The translations under genes and the position numbers were made by a program. Under the pieces are notes generated by a model. It did no database searches, was not told the DNA's origin, and saw nothing but the letters and a program-made list of their open reading frames with translations. Shown here piece by piece: positions 45,458-55,453 of a DNA stretch of 64,000 nt (position 1 is the first letter of the stretch; each line of letters starts with the position of its first letter). The stretch comes from a virus, in IMG/VR virus record IMGVR_UViG_3300046804_004208, positions 1 through 64,000 of that record. One strand, written 5' to 3'.

Positions 45458-46594
45458 ATGTCCGTTGGTAGTAATTTACAAGAAATGGAAAACGTAGTAA
45501 CCAAAGGAGCTAAACCTGCAGAACCAATGCAAAAGTTAACCACAGGAATTCCTGATGGTCAAACTGGCAATTGGGAAGATCTGGGTGGACCAACTCCAGA
45601 AAATTATCGTTCAGACGATGATTCGGCAAAACTTAAAGATGCAACTTCTCTTGCTTCTGTAAGAAATGTTGTCAATCAGAAAGCACAACAAGCGATGCCT
45701 ATGCAAAAACTTGCATCAGGTTCTGTTAAGGAAGAATCTGAAGATGAAGGTGAAGTTTTAGTTGATGATGAAGAAGAAGAAGAAGTTTTAGTTGATGAAG
45801 AGGATATTGAAGAAGTTGAAGAAACTGCTGCTGAAGAAGAAGTAGTAGAAGAAGAAATTGATATTGAAGAAGATGTTCAAGCTCTTTTAGAAGGAGAAGA
45901 TCTTTCAGAAGAGTTTCAAGAAAAAGCACGTACTATTTTTGAAGCATCTATTAGATCAAAAGTTTTAGAAATTAAAGAAGATTTGCAGACAAGATATGAA
46001 AATTCTTTAATTGAGGAAATATCCTTAATTAAAGAAGAACTTACAGATCGTGTTGATGCATATCTAGAATATGTTGCTGATGAGTGGATTCAGGAAAATG
46101 CACTCGCAGTTGAGCACGGTCTTAAGACTGAAATGACCGAATCATTCCTTCAAGGAATGAAGGGTCTTTTTGAAGATCATTATGTTTCAATCCCTGAAGA
46201 TAGATATGATGTAATCGAGAGTATGGTAGATAAACTTGATGAAATGGAAGCAAAACTCAACGAGCAAATCGAAAGAAATGTTGCTCTAAATAGAAGATTA
46301 GCAGAGTCAGTTGCTGATGTAATTTTTGCAGATGTCGCTGAGGGTCTTGCACTTTCTCAGAAAGACAAACTCGCTTCTCTTGCCGAAAATGTTGAGTTTG
46401 ATAGTGAAGCAAACTATCGTGAGAAACTGGTAACTCTGAGGGAATCTTATTTCCCAACCAGATCCGCTGGTACTCAAAAAGACTTTTCTGAGAATTTGTC
46501 CGAAGAATTTTCATATGAGGAAAATCTGAACGAATCAGTATCTCCAATTATGGAAGCATACCTTCAAACTCTCAGTAGAGTATCTAAAAAGTGA
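45458..46594 (+). CDS. gp22: Prohead scaffolding protein gp22
   Basis: Highly acidic; LSEEFQEKARTIFEA, YLEYVADEW. Confidence 0.92.
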   Translation: MSVGSNLQEMENVVTKGAKPAEPMQKLTTGIPDGQTGNWEDLGGPTPENYRSDDDSAKLKDATSLASVRNVVNQKAQQAMPMQKLASGSVKEESEDEGEVLVDDEEEEEVLVDEEDIEEVEETAAEEEVVEEEIDIEEDVQALLEGEDLSEEFQEKARTIFEASIRSKVLEIKEDLQTRYENSLIEEISLIKEELTDRVDAYLEYVADEWIQENALAVEHGLKTEMTESFLQGMKGLFEDHYVSIPEDRYDVIESMVDKLDEMEAKLNEQIERNVALNRRLAESVADVIFADVAEGLALSQKDKLASLAENVEFDSEANYREKLVTLRESYFPTRSAGTQKDFSENLSEEFSYEENLNESVSPIMEAYLQTLSRVSKK

Positions 46595-46643
46595 TTTTTA
46601 AATCATAACAATCAAACTAAATTTTTTAAAGAGGTAAACTAAA

Positions 46644-48053
46644 ATGCAAATGTTCAATGCCGAGCATCTGCAGGAGAAGTGGGCACCAATCCTTGACTAC
46701 CAAGGAATGGATCCGATCAAAGATTCACATCGTAGAGCGGTAACTGCTATCCTGTTAGAAAATCAAGAAAGAGAACTTCGTGAGGAAAGAGCATTCCTTG
46801 CCGAAGGTCCAACTGTAAATACTGGTTCATCTGGTGGAACTGCTGGTTTCAGTGCTAACGCATCAGCACCTGTTGCAGGTTTTGATCCTGTTCTGATCTC
46901 ATTAATCAGACGCTCAATGCCTAACTTAGTCGCATATGACCTTGCTGGCGTTCAACCAATGAATGGTCCTACTGGACTTATCTTCGCAATGCGTTCGAAG
47001 TATAGTTCTATGAGCGGCACAGAAGCTCTATTCAATGAAGCAGATACTGCATTCTCTGGAACTGATTCCACTCCAGCAACTGGAGAAATTGGAACTGCAT
47101 ATGTATCTGGTTCCGATGGTGCTTCAGTTGGTTTTGGTACTACCGCTCATGGTGGTACAAATCCAGGTCTTTTAAATCCAGAAAGTGGTCAAGCATACAA
47201 CACCTATAGTGTAGGTCGTGGTATGGATACCGAGGATGCAGAATCACTCGGAACAAACAGCAACCACTTTAACGAAATGGCATTCTCAATCGAGAAAGTC
47301 ACCGTTACTGCAAAGTCAAGAGCATTGAAAGCTGAGTATTCACTTGAGCTTGCTCAAGACCTCAAGGCAATTCATGGTTTGAATGCAGAAGCTGAGTTGG
47401 CAAACATTCTGTCAACTGAAATTCTTGCCGAAATTAACCGTGAGGTTATTCGTACAATTTATAAGGCAGCTGAGTCTGGTGCTCAGAATAACGTTGCTTC
47501 TGCTGGTACGTTTGACCTTGATGTTGACTCCAACGGTCGTTGGTCGGTTGAGAAGTTCAAGGGTCTTATCTTCCAAATTGAGCGCGATGCCAACGCAATT
47601 GCACAAAGAACTCGTAGAGGAAAGGGCAACATGATCCTTTGCTCTGCAGACGTTGCCTCAGCTCTGACCATGGCTGGTGTACTTGATTACACTCCTGCCC
47701 TGAATGCTAATCTTAACGTTGATGACACCGGAAACACTTTTGCTGGTGTTCTGCAGGGTAAGTATCGTGTTTATATCGATCCTTATTCGGCAAACGTTTC
47801 AAATAGTCAGTACTACGTTGTTGGGTATAAGGGTTCTAGCCCATATGATGCTGGTATTTTCTATTGCCCATATGTTCCTCTCCAAATGGTTCGTGCCGTT
47901 GGTGAGAACACCTTCCAACCAAAGATTGGATTTAAGACCCGTTACGGTCTTGTCGCCAATCCATTTGCTGAAGGAACTGAAGCGGGTCTTGGACGTATCA
48001 CTGCTAATAGCAATCGCTATTATAGAAGAGTTCGCGTTAACAACCTTATGTGA
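46644..48053 (+). CDS. gp23: Major capsid protein gp23
   Basis: LISLIRRSMPNL, GVQPMNGPTGLIFAMR, AKSRALKAEYS, FQPKIGFKTRYG. Confidence 0.98.
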   Translation: MQMFNAEHLQEKWAPILDYQGMDPIKDSHRRAVTAILLENQERELREERAFLAEGPTVNTGSSGGTAGFSANASAPVAGFDPVLISLIRRSMPNLVAYDLAGVQPMNGPTGLIFAMRSKYSSMSGTEALFNEADTAFSGTDSTPATGEIGTAYVSGSDGASVGFGTTAHGGTNPGLLNPESGQAYNTYSVGRGMDTEDAESLGTNSNHFNEMAFSIEKVTVTAKSRALKAEYSLELAQDLKAIHGLNAEAELANILSTEILAEINREVIRTIYKAAESGAQNNVASAGTFDLDVDSNGRWSVEKFKGLIFQIERDANAIAQRTRRGKGNMILCSADVASALTMAGVLDYTPALNANLNVDDTGNTFAGVLQGKYRVYIDPYSANVSNSQYYVVGYKGSSPYDAGIFYCPYVPLQMVRAVGENTFQPKIGFKTRYGLVANPFAEGTEAGLGRITANSNRYYRRVRVNNLM

Positions 48054-48070
48054 TCCAATTTCACATATTC

Positions 48071-48100
48071 AAAAGACCCCCATTTTGGGGGTCTTTTTTT
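48071..48100 (+). terminator. Rho-independent terminator after gp23
   Basis: AAAAGACCCCCA-TTT-TGGGGGTCTTTT then T-run. Confidence 0.9.
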
Positions 48101-48130
48101 ATCTAAATAAAAATAAAACTAATAATAAAA

Positions 48131-48289
48131 ATGAAACCAACACCTAAACAAATGCAAGAAATATATAAAAACTACGAAAAAGTAGTTGAACATTTAATCA
48201 GAGAAGGTTATGCCGTTGATAAAGAATCTGCCCATACTATTATTAATGGTATGAGTGAATCGTGGTTTAATCTAATTATAGAAGAATGA
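48131..48289 (+). CDS. 52-aa stand-alone 'EGYA' module protein (not in ORF track)
   Basis: HLIREGYAVDKESAHTIINGMSESWFNLIIEE, the same motif as in the 55454, 56564 and 57655 proteins. Confidence 0.75.
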   Translation: MKPTPKQMQEIYKNYEKVVEHLIREGYAVDKESAHTIINGMSESWFNLIIEE

Positions 48290-48504
48290 AAAGTTTTAAA
48301 AATTTTTGTGAGCAAGCATTTCATCCAGATTTGGTAATTAAAGTGAACGATCCTGAGGTTCAAAAAAACCTTAGAAGTACTGTTATACCTCCTGGACAAA
48401 GATATGCATCAGGTCCTCCAGAAATAAAAGTTCCTGAAAAAAAACCCATCATCAAATCTAAAAATTCATTTTTAGATAGAATAATTCGCAATGCACCTTA
48501 TTAA
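48286..48504 (+). CDS. Small protein with capsid-targeting-like N-terminus
   Basis: MKSFKNFCEQA. Confidence 0.6.
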   Translation: MKSFKNFCEQAFHPDLVIKVNDPEVQKNLRSTVIPPGQRYASGPPEIKVPEKKPIIKSKNSFLDRIIRNAPY

Positions 48505-48513
48505 TAAATCGTA

Positions 48514-49053
48514 ATGACATTTCCAAATCAAATTAGTAATAGAAATTTTTTATCTCCAATTGGATTTAAATTTAATATATCTAAAAACAGGAAAATTGAT
48601 TTTTTTTCAAATAAAGCTAGAATACCAGGGTTAAATTTAGGAATATCAAAACAACCATCTCCATTTAAAATAATTGATGTTCCAGGTGATACCATTGAAT
48701 ATGAAGATTTTATTCTAAATTTTATAGTTGATGAAAATTTGGAGAATTATATGCTAATCCATAATTGGATTACTGGTTTAGGATTTCCAGAAAATTTTGA
48801 TCAATTTAAAAATTTAACTACAAACGATGATGGGATAGGAGATGAAAAATTACAGTTTAGTGATGGTTCTTTAGCTATACTCAATAGTAACTATAAAGAA
48901 ATTGCACAAATTAGATTTAGAGATTTATATCCTTATATGATAACGCCAATTGAGTTTGATGCAACAGTAAATGATATTCAATACTTTACAGCAGAGGTAA
49001 GTTTCAAGTATACTATCTACAATATTGTTGATACAAATGGAAATCCTTTATGA
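48514..49053 (+). CDS. gp3: Tail tube terminator / completion protein gp3
   Basis: NFLSPIGFKF, FIVDENLENY..IHNWI; synteny before uvsY. Confidence 0.85.
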   Translation: MTFPNQISNRNFLSPIGFKFNISKNRKIDFFSNKARIPGLNLGISKQPSPFKIIDVPGDTIEYEDFILNFIVDENLENYMLIHNWITGLGFPENFDQFKNLTTNDDGIGDEKLQFSDGSLAILNSNYKEIAQIRFRDLYPYMITPIEFDATVNDIQYFTAEVSFKYTIYNIVDTNGNPL

Positions 49054-49481
49054 ATCTTGATGAAATTCAGGAGATGTGGCAGAGAGATTCTGTCATTGAT
49101 CCTGATAATTTACACGATGAATCTTTAAAAATTCCTCAACTTCACGCTAAGTATTATACAATTTACAATACAATTACTCTGTTACGTGAAAAAGCAAGAG
49201 AATCATACAATAGAGTTAAACTTGAACGCTATAACTACTACACTGGAAAGGCACCTATAGAGGTCTACGAAGAAGAACCATTTCCCTATAAAGTTCGGGA
49301 CAAAGAGGCATTACAGAGGCATATGGATGGGGATGAGAAACTAAGTAAGGTAGAACTCAAGATAAGATACTACGATATTATGTTGAAGTTTTTAGAGGAG
49401 GTCATTCGTATGATTTCTAATAGGACTTATCAAATTAAGAATAGTATAGAGTTTTTAAAATTTACTGCTGGTTACAATTAA
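49050..49481 (+). CDS. uvsY: Recombination mediator UvsY
   Basis: SLKIPQLHAKY, YYTGKA, RTYQIKNSIEF. Confidence 0.9.
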   Translation: MNLDEIQEMWQRDSVIDPDNLHDESLKIPQLHAKYYTIYNTITLLREKARESYNRVKLERYNYYTGKAPIEVYEEEPFPYKVRDKEALQRHMDGDEKLSKVELKIRYYDIMLKFLEEVIRMISNRTYQIKNSIEFLKFTAGYN

Positions 49482-49513
49482 TCAAATAAATAATCATAAC
49501 TGATATGTTATGA

Positions 49514-50977
49514 ATGTCCCATTTGATTATTTCAAAAAAGAATGAGGTATTTCTTCAAGTTGAAGCAGAACCACACGTCTACTATGAACTAAGAGACGCA
49601 TTTCAATTTGAAGTACCAAATGCTAAATTCGCTCCTGCTTACCGAAACAAGTGGTGGGACGGATTTATCTATCTTTTTAATGTAAATACACAAGAAATAT
49701 ACGTTGGTCTATTAGATAAACTCATAAGATTTTGTGAGCAACATAATTACACTTATGAGTTTCGTAACAATAAGTATTACGGCCTTCCTTTTGAAGTAAA
49801 TGAACACATCTCAAAGGAAGGTGTAAAGGATTATATAAATTCTATCTGCAAGTACGCTCCCCGCGATTATCAAGTTGAGGGAGTATACGACGCTTTACGA
49901 CATAATAGAAAGTTGCTGATATCTCCAACTGCTTCTGGAAAGTCTTTGATGATATATTCAATTGTGAGATATTACGTTGAGAAAGGACAAAATATTCTCG
50001 TAGTTGTCCCAACGACATCCCTTGTAGAGCAGATGTATAAAGATTTTGCAGACTATGGGTGGGATGTTGGTTCATTTTGCCACAAGATATATGCTGGAAA
50101 AGAAAGAGAAACAGACTCTCAGGTAATTATCACAACCTGGCAGTCCATCTACAAACTTCCCCGACAATATTTTTCAAGATTTAATGTGGTAGTTGGAGAT
50201 GAAGCACACCAGTTTAAATCAAAGTCATTAGTATCTATAATGACAAAACTTTCTGACTGCAAATATAGATTTGGATTTACTGGTACATTAGACGGATCAC
50301 AGACTCATAAGTGGGTACTGGAAGGTTTATTTGGACCTTCCTATAAGATTATTAAAACTGATGAATTAATGAAAAAAGGTCATGTCGCTACATTAGATAT
50401 TAATATTCTTCTATTGAAACACCCACCGAATCGCTTCGAAACTTTTGAAGATGAGATTCAATATATTATTAATCATGAAAAAAGAAATAAGTTTATTAAA
50501 AATCTTGCTCTTGATCTAAAAGGCAATACTCTGATTCTTTTTGCAAGAGTTGAAGGTCATGGTCAACCTTTATATGAATTAATAAATAAGAGTATCAATG
50601 ATGATCGCCATGTATTCTTCGTACATGGTGGTGTTGATACTGAAGATAGAGAAAAAGTTCGTGAAATTACTGAAAAGGAAAATAATGCGATCATTGTGGC
50701 ATCATATGGAACTTTTAGTACAGGAATTAACATTAAAAATTTACATAATGTTATTTTTGCATCACCTTCAAAGTCTAGAATACGTAACTTACAATCAATC
50801 GGAAGAGTGCTTAGAAAAAGCAATAACAAAGTAAAAGCAACTCTATACGACATTGCTGATGATATCAGTTATAAGTCAAGAAAGAATTACACACTTAATC
50901 ACTTAATAGAAAGAATAAAAGTTTATAACGAAGAAAACTTTAATTATGATATTGTAAACATACCACTTAAAAACTAA
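49514..50977 (+). CDS. uvsW: DNA helicase UvsW
   Basis: PRDYQ, SPTASGKS, GDEAH, GFTGT, QSIGRVLR. Confidence 0.95.
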   Translation: MSHLIISKKNEVFLQVEAEPHVYYELRDAFQFEVPNAKFAPAYRNKWWDGFIYLFNVNTQEIYVGLLDKLIRFCEQHNYTYEFRNNKYYGLPFEVNEHISKEGVKDYINSICKYAPRDYQVEGVYDALRHNRKLLISPTASGKSLMIYSIVRYYVEKGQNILVVVPTTSLVEQMYKDFADYGWDVGSFCHKIYAGKERETDSQVIITTWQSIYKLPRQYFSRFNVVVGDEAHQFKSKSLVSIMTKLSDCKYRFGFTGTLDGSQTHKWVLEGLFGPSYKIIKTDELMKKGHVATLDINILLLKHPPNRFETFEDEIQYIINHEKRNKFIKNLALDLKGNTLILFARVEGHGQPLYELINKSINDDRHVFFVHGGVDTEDREKVREITEKENNAIIVASYGTFSTGINIKNLHNVIFASPSKSRIRNLQSIGRVLRKSNNKVKATLYDIADDISYKSRKNYTLNHLIERIKVYNEENFNYDIVNIPLKN

Positions 50978-51384
50978 TGGGAGAAGAGTTCTACGCAATT
51001 ATAAAATTAATCTCTGGAGAAGAAATATTTTCCATAGTTTGTATAGATGAAAATGATGGAGACCCAGTAGTAATATTATCAAATCCAGTGATAATAAAAT
51101 ATATTCATACAGCAGAAACAATAATGGTTAAGATTAAACCATGGATAGATTTATCTGATGATGATTTTTTTATTCTCAGACAAGATAAAATAATTACAAT
51201 GACCGAAACTAAAAATAAAAATTTAATTGGAATGTATAATAATTACATTAGCAATGATTTGGGAGAATCTTCTTTTACAAACGATCTGGGTAATGGTAGA
51301 GTAAAAGTATCTAATAAAATGGGTTATATATCTTCAGTAGAAAATGCTAAGAAAATTCTTGAAAAGATATTTAATAACACTTAA
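50977..51384 (+). CDS. Conserved hypothetical protein (Sm-like N-terminus)
   Basis: IKLISGEEI...NPV...PW; between uvsW and gp55. Confidence 0.65.
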   Translation: MGEEFYAIIKLISGEEIFSIVCIDENDGDPVVILSNPVIIKYIHTAETIMVKIKPWIDLSDDDFFILRQDKIITMTETKNKNLIGMYNNYISNDLGESSFTNDLGNGRVKVSNKMGYISSVENAKKILEKIFNNT

Positions 51385-51444
51385 ATAATTCTTATATTAT
51401 TATCTTCAACCATGACAAAGGTAGTCTAGTCCTATTTGGCAATC

Positions 51445-51473
51445 TTGTCAAGATCTAGTAATAATGTTATAAT
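51445..51473 (+). promoter_or_regulatory. sigma70 promoter for gp55
   Basis: TTGTCA 51445-51450, 17 bp, TGt-TATAAT (extended -10) 51468-51473. Confidence 0.7.
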
Positions 51474-51514
51474 AAATTTAACTTATAAAATTAGATTTAT
51501 TAAAATTAAATAAT

Positions 51515-52030
51515 ATGACGAAAAAAAAATCAGAGCATTATGTAAATAATAAAGAATTGTTAGAAGCACTTATTGTTTATCGGAAAAAAGTAGAAAAAGA
51601 TTTTTTTTCTAAAAATTCTAGAAATCCAACAAGAGAAGATAGGGCCAAATATTGGGAAGGTAAACCACAAATACCGAACTACTTGGGAGATTGCTTTCTC
51701 AAAATTGCAACTCATTTATCATATAAACCAAATTTTGTAAATTATATGTTCCGTGAAGATATGATTTCTGATGGTATTGAAAATTGCGTTCAGTATATTC
51801 ATAACTTTGATCCAGAGAAATCAAATAATCCTTTTGCATACTTTACTCAAATCATTCATTATGCATTTTTAAGAAGAATTCAGAAAGAAAAGAAACAACT
51901 TGAGATAAAAACAAAAATTATTGAAAGAAGTGGATTTGATGAGGTCATGATGGTAGATGAGGGCTTGCTTACTGGGAGTAGTTCGGAGTATAATAGTATT
52001 AAGGACGCCATCCAATACCGCAATAAATGA
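51515..52030 (+). CDS. gp55: Late transcription sigma factor gp55
   Basis: HYVNNKEL, EDMISDGIENC, NPFAYFTQI..YAFLRRIQKEK. Confidence 0.95.
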   Translation: MTKKKSEHYVNNKELLEALIVYRKKVEKDFFSKNSRNPTREDRAKYWEGKPQIPNYLGDCFLKIATHLSYKPNFVNYMFREDMISDGIENCVQYIHNFDPEKSNNPFAYFTQIIHYAFLRRIQKEKKQLEIKTKIIERSGFDEVMMVDEGLLTGSSSEYNSIKDAIQYRNK

Positions 52031-53061
52031 AGGTAGCAATTATTACAGATACTCATTATGGGGCAAAAAAAGGTTCAAAGTATCTTCACGACCATTTTGA
52101 ACTTTTTTATAAAAATGTATTTTTTCCTTCCCTAGGAGAATACAATGTAGAAACAGTTATTCATATGGGAGATGCTTTTGATAGTCGTAAATCAATTGAT
52201 TATCAAAGTCTTGAGTGGTCAAAGCGTGTGGTATTTGACCCACTTAAAAAATATGATGTTCATATGATTATTGGTAATCACGATACATATTACAAAAATA
52301 CCAATACAGTAAATTCTCCAGAACTTCTTCTTCAAACTTATTCTAACATTAAGACTTATAGTAAACCGACAGAAGTTAATATTGGTGGATTGAATATTTT
52401 ATTTTTACCCTGGATTAATCAAGAAAATGAAGAACTCACTTTTAAACTTATTAAAAACACAACTTGCAAGTGTGCGATGGGGCACCTTGAGTGTCAAGGA
52501 TTTAGAGTTAATCGACAACTCATCATGGAACATGGTTTGGAGAGCCAATTATTTGAGAAGTTCGAACGTGTCTTCTCGGGACATTATCACACTAGATCGT
52601 CTAATGGAACAATCTATTATCTAGGAAATCCATATGAGATGTATTGGACTGATGTGAATGACACTCGTGGTTTTCATATCTTTGATACGGAAACATTGGA
52701 GCATACTCCAATCAACAATCCTTATAAATTATTCTATAACATTTACTATGAAGATACTCCACATCAATTATTTGATGCGACAGAGTATAAAAATAAAATT
52801 GTCAAAGTGATTGTTCGTAAAAAATCTAAACCAAAAGATTTTGAAAAATTTATTGATAAACTTTATAGTGTTGGAGTTCAAGAATTAAAAATTATTGAAA
52901 ACTTTGAAATTCAAGAAAGTGAAGATTTTCAAGTAGATGAAGATGAAAACACTTTATCCGTATTGAATCGTTATATAGATGATTCTGAATTTAATTGTGA
53001 TAAAAATATCATAAAAACAATCATTCAAGATCTTTATCAACAAGCGTCACAAGTAGAGTAA
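52027..53061 (+). CDS. gp47: Recombination endonuclease subunit gp47 (SbcD/Mre11-like)
   Basis: DTHYG, GDAFD, GNHD, SGHYH metallophosphoesterase motifs. Confidence 0.95.
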   Translation: MKVAIITDTHYGAKKGSKYLHDHFELFYKNVFFPSLGEYNVETVIHMGDAFDSRKSIDYQSLEWSKRVVFDPLKKYDVHMIIGNHDTYYKNTNTVNSPELLLQTYSNIKTYSKPTEVNIGGLNILFLPWINQENEELTFKLIKNTTCKCAMGHLECQGFRVNRQLIMEHGLESQLFEKFERVFSGHYHTRSSNGTIYYLGNPYEMYWTDVNDTRGFHIFDTETLEHTPINNPYKLFYNIYYEDTPHQLFDATEYKNKIVKVIVRKKSKPKDFEKFIDKLYSVGVQELKIIENFEIQESEDFQVDEDENTLSVLNRYIDDSEFNCDKNIIKTIIQDLYQQASQVE

Positions 53062-53062
53062 A

Positions 53063-53332
53063 ATGTTTCTTCTAACTATTAAAGATAAAAAAGATGATGG
53101 AGCATATGCTGTCCAAGATCAATATGGACACAAAGTTTTATTTCTTTTTGAGGAAGAAGATGATGCTACTCGGTATGCTCTAATGTTGGAAGATCAAGAA
53201 GACGCTGAAATGGATGTAGTTGAAGTTGATGATGAACTTGCAATAAAAACATGTAAAATGTACAACTACAAATATGCAGTGATTACACCTGAAGATATCG
53301 TAATTCCCCCCAAAAATGATACTATTTCATAA
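53063..53332 (+). CDS. Conserved hypothetical acidic protein
   Basis: GAYAV, LFEEEDDATRYA, DIVIPP; between gp47 and gp46. Confidence 0.75.
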   Translation: MFLLTIKDKKDDGAYAVQDQYGHKVLFLFEEEDDATRYALMLEDQEDAEMDVVEVDDELAIKTCKMYNYKYAVITPEDIVIPPKNDTIS

Positions 53333-55043
53333 GATTAAATATAAAAATTTCCTTTCATCTGGAAATCATTTTACTGAAATTGACTTTCAAAAAAGTAATA
53401 CAAATCTCATAATTGGGACAAATGGTGCAGGAAAGTCTACAATGTTAGATGCACTTACATTTGTTCTTTTTAATAAAAGTTTTAGAGGAATTACAAAACC
53501 GCAACTTGTCAATAGTGTAAATGAAAAAGATTGTGTAGTTGAAATTGAGTTTTCAATTAATAGTAAAAAATATTTGGTTCGTCGTGGAATTAAACCAAAT
53601 ATTTTTGATATTGAAATAAATGGAATTCCTCTTCATAAAGAATCGGATGATCGTGCAAATCAAAAAATCTTAGAAGAAAATATTCTTAAAGTAAATTACA
53701 AATCCTTCACTCAAATTGTGATATTAGGTAGTAGTAATTTTGTACCATTCATGCAACTTACTTCTTCGAATCGTCGTGAAGTAATTGAAGATCTTTTAGA
53801 TATTAGGGTCTTTTCTGCTATGGGTGGTATTGTAAAGGAAAGGATTAAGGAACAAAAAGAAGAGATTAAATCTTTAAATTTAAAAAAGGATAATCTCAAG
53901 GATAAAATCAGTATGCAAGAAAGTTTCATTGAAGAACTTGAAAATCGCGGAAATGCCAATATAAATGCCAATAAAGAAAAGATTGCTAATTTAGATAAAG
54001 AAGTTGGCATTTATATGACTGAGAACGCTAAGGTAGAAGAAGAAATTATTAAGTATACAAAAGAACAGGAAGAAGTAATTGGTGCTGATGATAAATTAGT
54101 AAAGCTCAACAATTTAAAGGGTAAAATATCTCAAAAAGTATTAACTATTACTAAGGAGCACAAGTTTTTTAATGAAAATACGGTCTGCCCTACCTGTACA
54201 CAAACTATAGAAGAAGAGTTTCGGTTAAATAGAATTACAGACGCTCAAAATAAGGCAAAGGAACTCCAGAAAGGTTTTCAAGAACTTGAGGAGACTATAA
54301 AGTTTGAACAAGAACGAGAGCGTCAATTTACCGTTCTTTCCAAGGAGATTACGAAACTCAACCATGAGATTTCTCAAAACAATACTCGGATTTCCCTTAA
54401 CCAGAGACAAATACGAGACCTTGAATCTGAAATTCAAACTATTGCCCAAAACCTTGCAAACAGAAATACTGAGCATGAGAAGTTAGAAGAATTTCAAACC
54501 AATCTCCAAAAAACATTCGAAGACCTTTCAAAGAAAAAAGAAGAAATCGTTTATTACGATTTTGCCTACTCCTTACTCAAGGACGATGGTGTAAAAACGA
54601 AGATCATTAAGAAGTATCTTCCGTTCATAAATCAGCAGGTCAATCGTTATCTTCAGATGATGGATTTTTATATTAATTTCCATCTTGATGAAGAGTTTAA
54701 TGAGACAGTAAAATCTCCCATTCACGAAGACTTTTCTTATAGTTCTTTTAGTGAAGGTGAAAAGATGAGGATTGACCTTGCTCTACTCTTCACCTGGAGA
54801 GAAGTGGCAAGAGTTAAGAACTCTGTGAATACGAACCTGCTGATTATGGATGAGGTGTTTGATTCCTCACTTGATGGTTTCGGCACTGATGAGTTCCTTA
54901 AGATTATCCGTTATGTGATTAAAGATGCTAATATTTTTGTGATTTCTCATAAGGCAGACCTTCATGACAAATTTGAAAGTGTCATAAGGTTTGAAAAGGT
55001 CAAAGGTTTTTCCCGTATGATACCTCCATCAACACAAGACTAA
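53316..55043 (+). CDS. gp46: Recombination endonuclease ATPase subunit gp46 (SbcC/Rad50-like)
   Basis: GTNGAGKST, CPTC zinc hook, FSEGEK, LIMDEVFD. Confidence 0.96.
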   Translation: MILFHKIKYKNFLSSGNHFTEIDFQKSNTNLIIGTNGAGKSTMLDALTFVLFNKSFRGITKPQLVNSVNEKDCVVEIEFSINSKKYLVRRGIKPNIFDIEINGIPLHKESDDRANQKILEENILKVNYKSFTQIVILGSSNFVPFMQLTSSNRREVIEDLLDIRVFSAMGGIVKERIKEQKEEIKSLNLKKDNLKDKISMQESFIEELENRGNANINANKEKIANLDKEVGIYMTENAKVEEEIIKYTKEQEEVIGADDKLVKLNNLKGKISQKVLTITKEHKFFNENTVCPTCTQTIEEEFRLNRITDAQNKAKELQKGFQELEETIKFEQERERQFTVLSKEITKLNHEISQNNTRISLNQRQIRDLESEIQTIAQNLANRNTEHEKLEEFQTNLQKTFEDLSKKKEEIVYYDFAYSLLKDDGVKTKIIKKYLPFINQQVNRYLQMMDFYINFHLDEEFNETVKSPIHEDFSYSSFSEGEKMRIDLALLFTWREVARVKNSVNTNLLIMDEVFDSSLDGFGTDEFLKIIRYVIKDANIFVISHKADLHDKFESVIRFEKVKGFSRMIPPSTQD

Positions 55044-55177
55044 TGAACACTCCAAACTGGCAACACCACTCTAAAAAGGAGCAGAAGCGGAAACTGAAAC
55101 CGCAAGCACTCCGACAAGCAAAGGCACGTCGCCAAGCACTCAAGAAGCGCCTCTCTGGAGGCGCTTCTTTTTTATAA
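55043..55177 (+). CDS. 44-aa basic protein (not in ORF track)
   Basis: MNTPNWQHHSKKEQKRKLKPQALRQAKARRQALKKRLSGGASFL*; TAATG overlap with gp46. Confidence 0.7.
   Translation: MNTPNWQHHSKKEQKRKLKPQALRQAKARRQALKKRLSGGASFL
55142..55173 (+). terminator. Rho-independent terminator (12-bp stem) inside the 3' end of the small ORF
   Basis: AAGAAGCGCCTC-TCTG-GAGGCGCTTCTT-TTTT, merging into late promoter TATAAATA 55173-55180. Confidence 0.85.
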
Positions 55178-55195
55178 ATATCTAAAAACCATAAT

Positions 55196-55414
55196 ATGAA
55201 AACTTTTCAAGAATTTCAAACTGAGAGTAAATCTCAAGAATTTAAAGATAGGTTGGAAAAATTGAAAAAAAGAAGTGCTGCTACAGATGCTGAAGCACAA
55301 AAAACGGCGTCTCAAGCCAGATCAGATTTTGATAGATTATCTACATCGGTTGAAAAATATAAAAAAACAGTTAGTACGGATAGAAAGGCAAATCCTCATG
55401 CGGATGAGAACTGA
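55196..55414 (+). CDS. Putative internal head protein with capsid targeting sequence
   Basis: MKTFQEFQTES; own late promoter. Confidence 0.7.
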   Translation: MKTFQEFQTESKSQEFKDRLEKLKKRSAATDAEAQKTASQARSDFDRLSTSVEKYKKTVSTDRKANPHADEN

Positions 55415-55421
55415 CTTTAAA

Positions 55422-55429
55422 TATAAATA
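55422..55429 (+). promoter_or_regulatory. Late promoter TATAAATA
   Basis: Exact consensus. Confidence 0.75.
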
Positions 55430-55453
55430 ACTAAAAAGTTTTTTTATAAAAAA

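Noticed and set aside
45750-45860. GAAGAA-rich repeats in gp22
   Set aside because: Explained by the poly-Glu acidic region normal for scaffolding proteins
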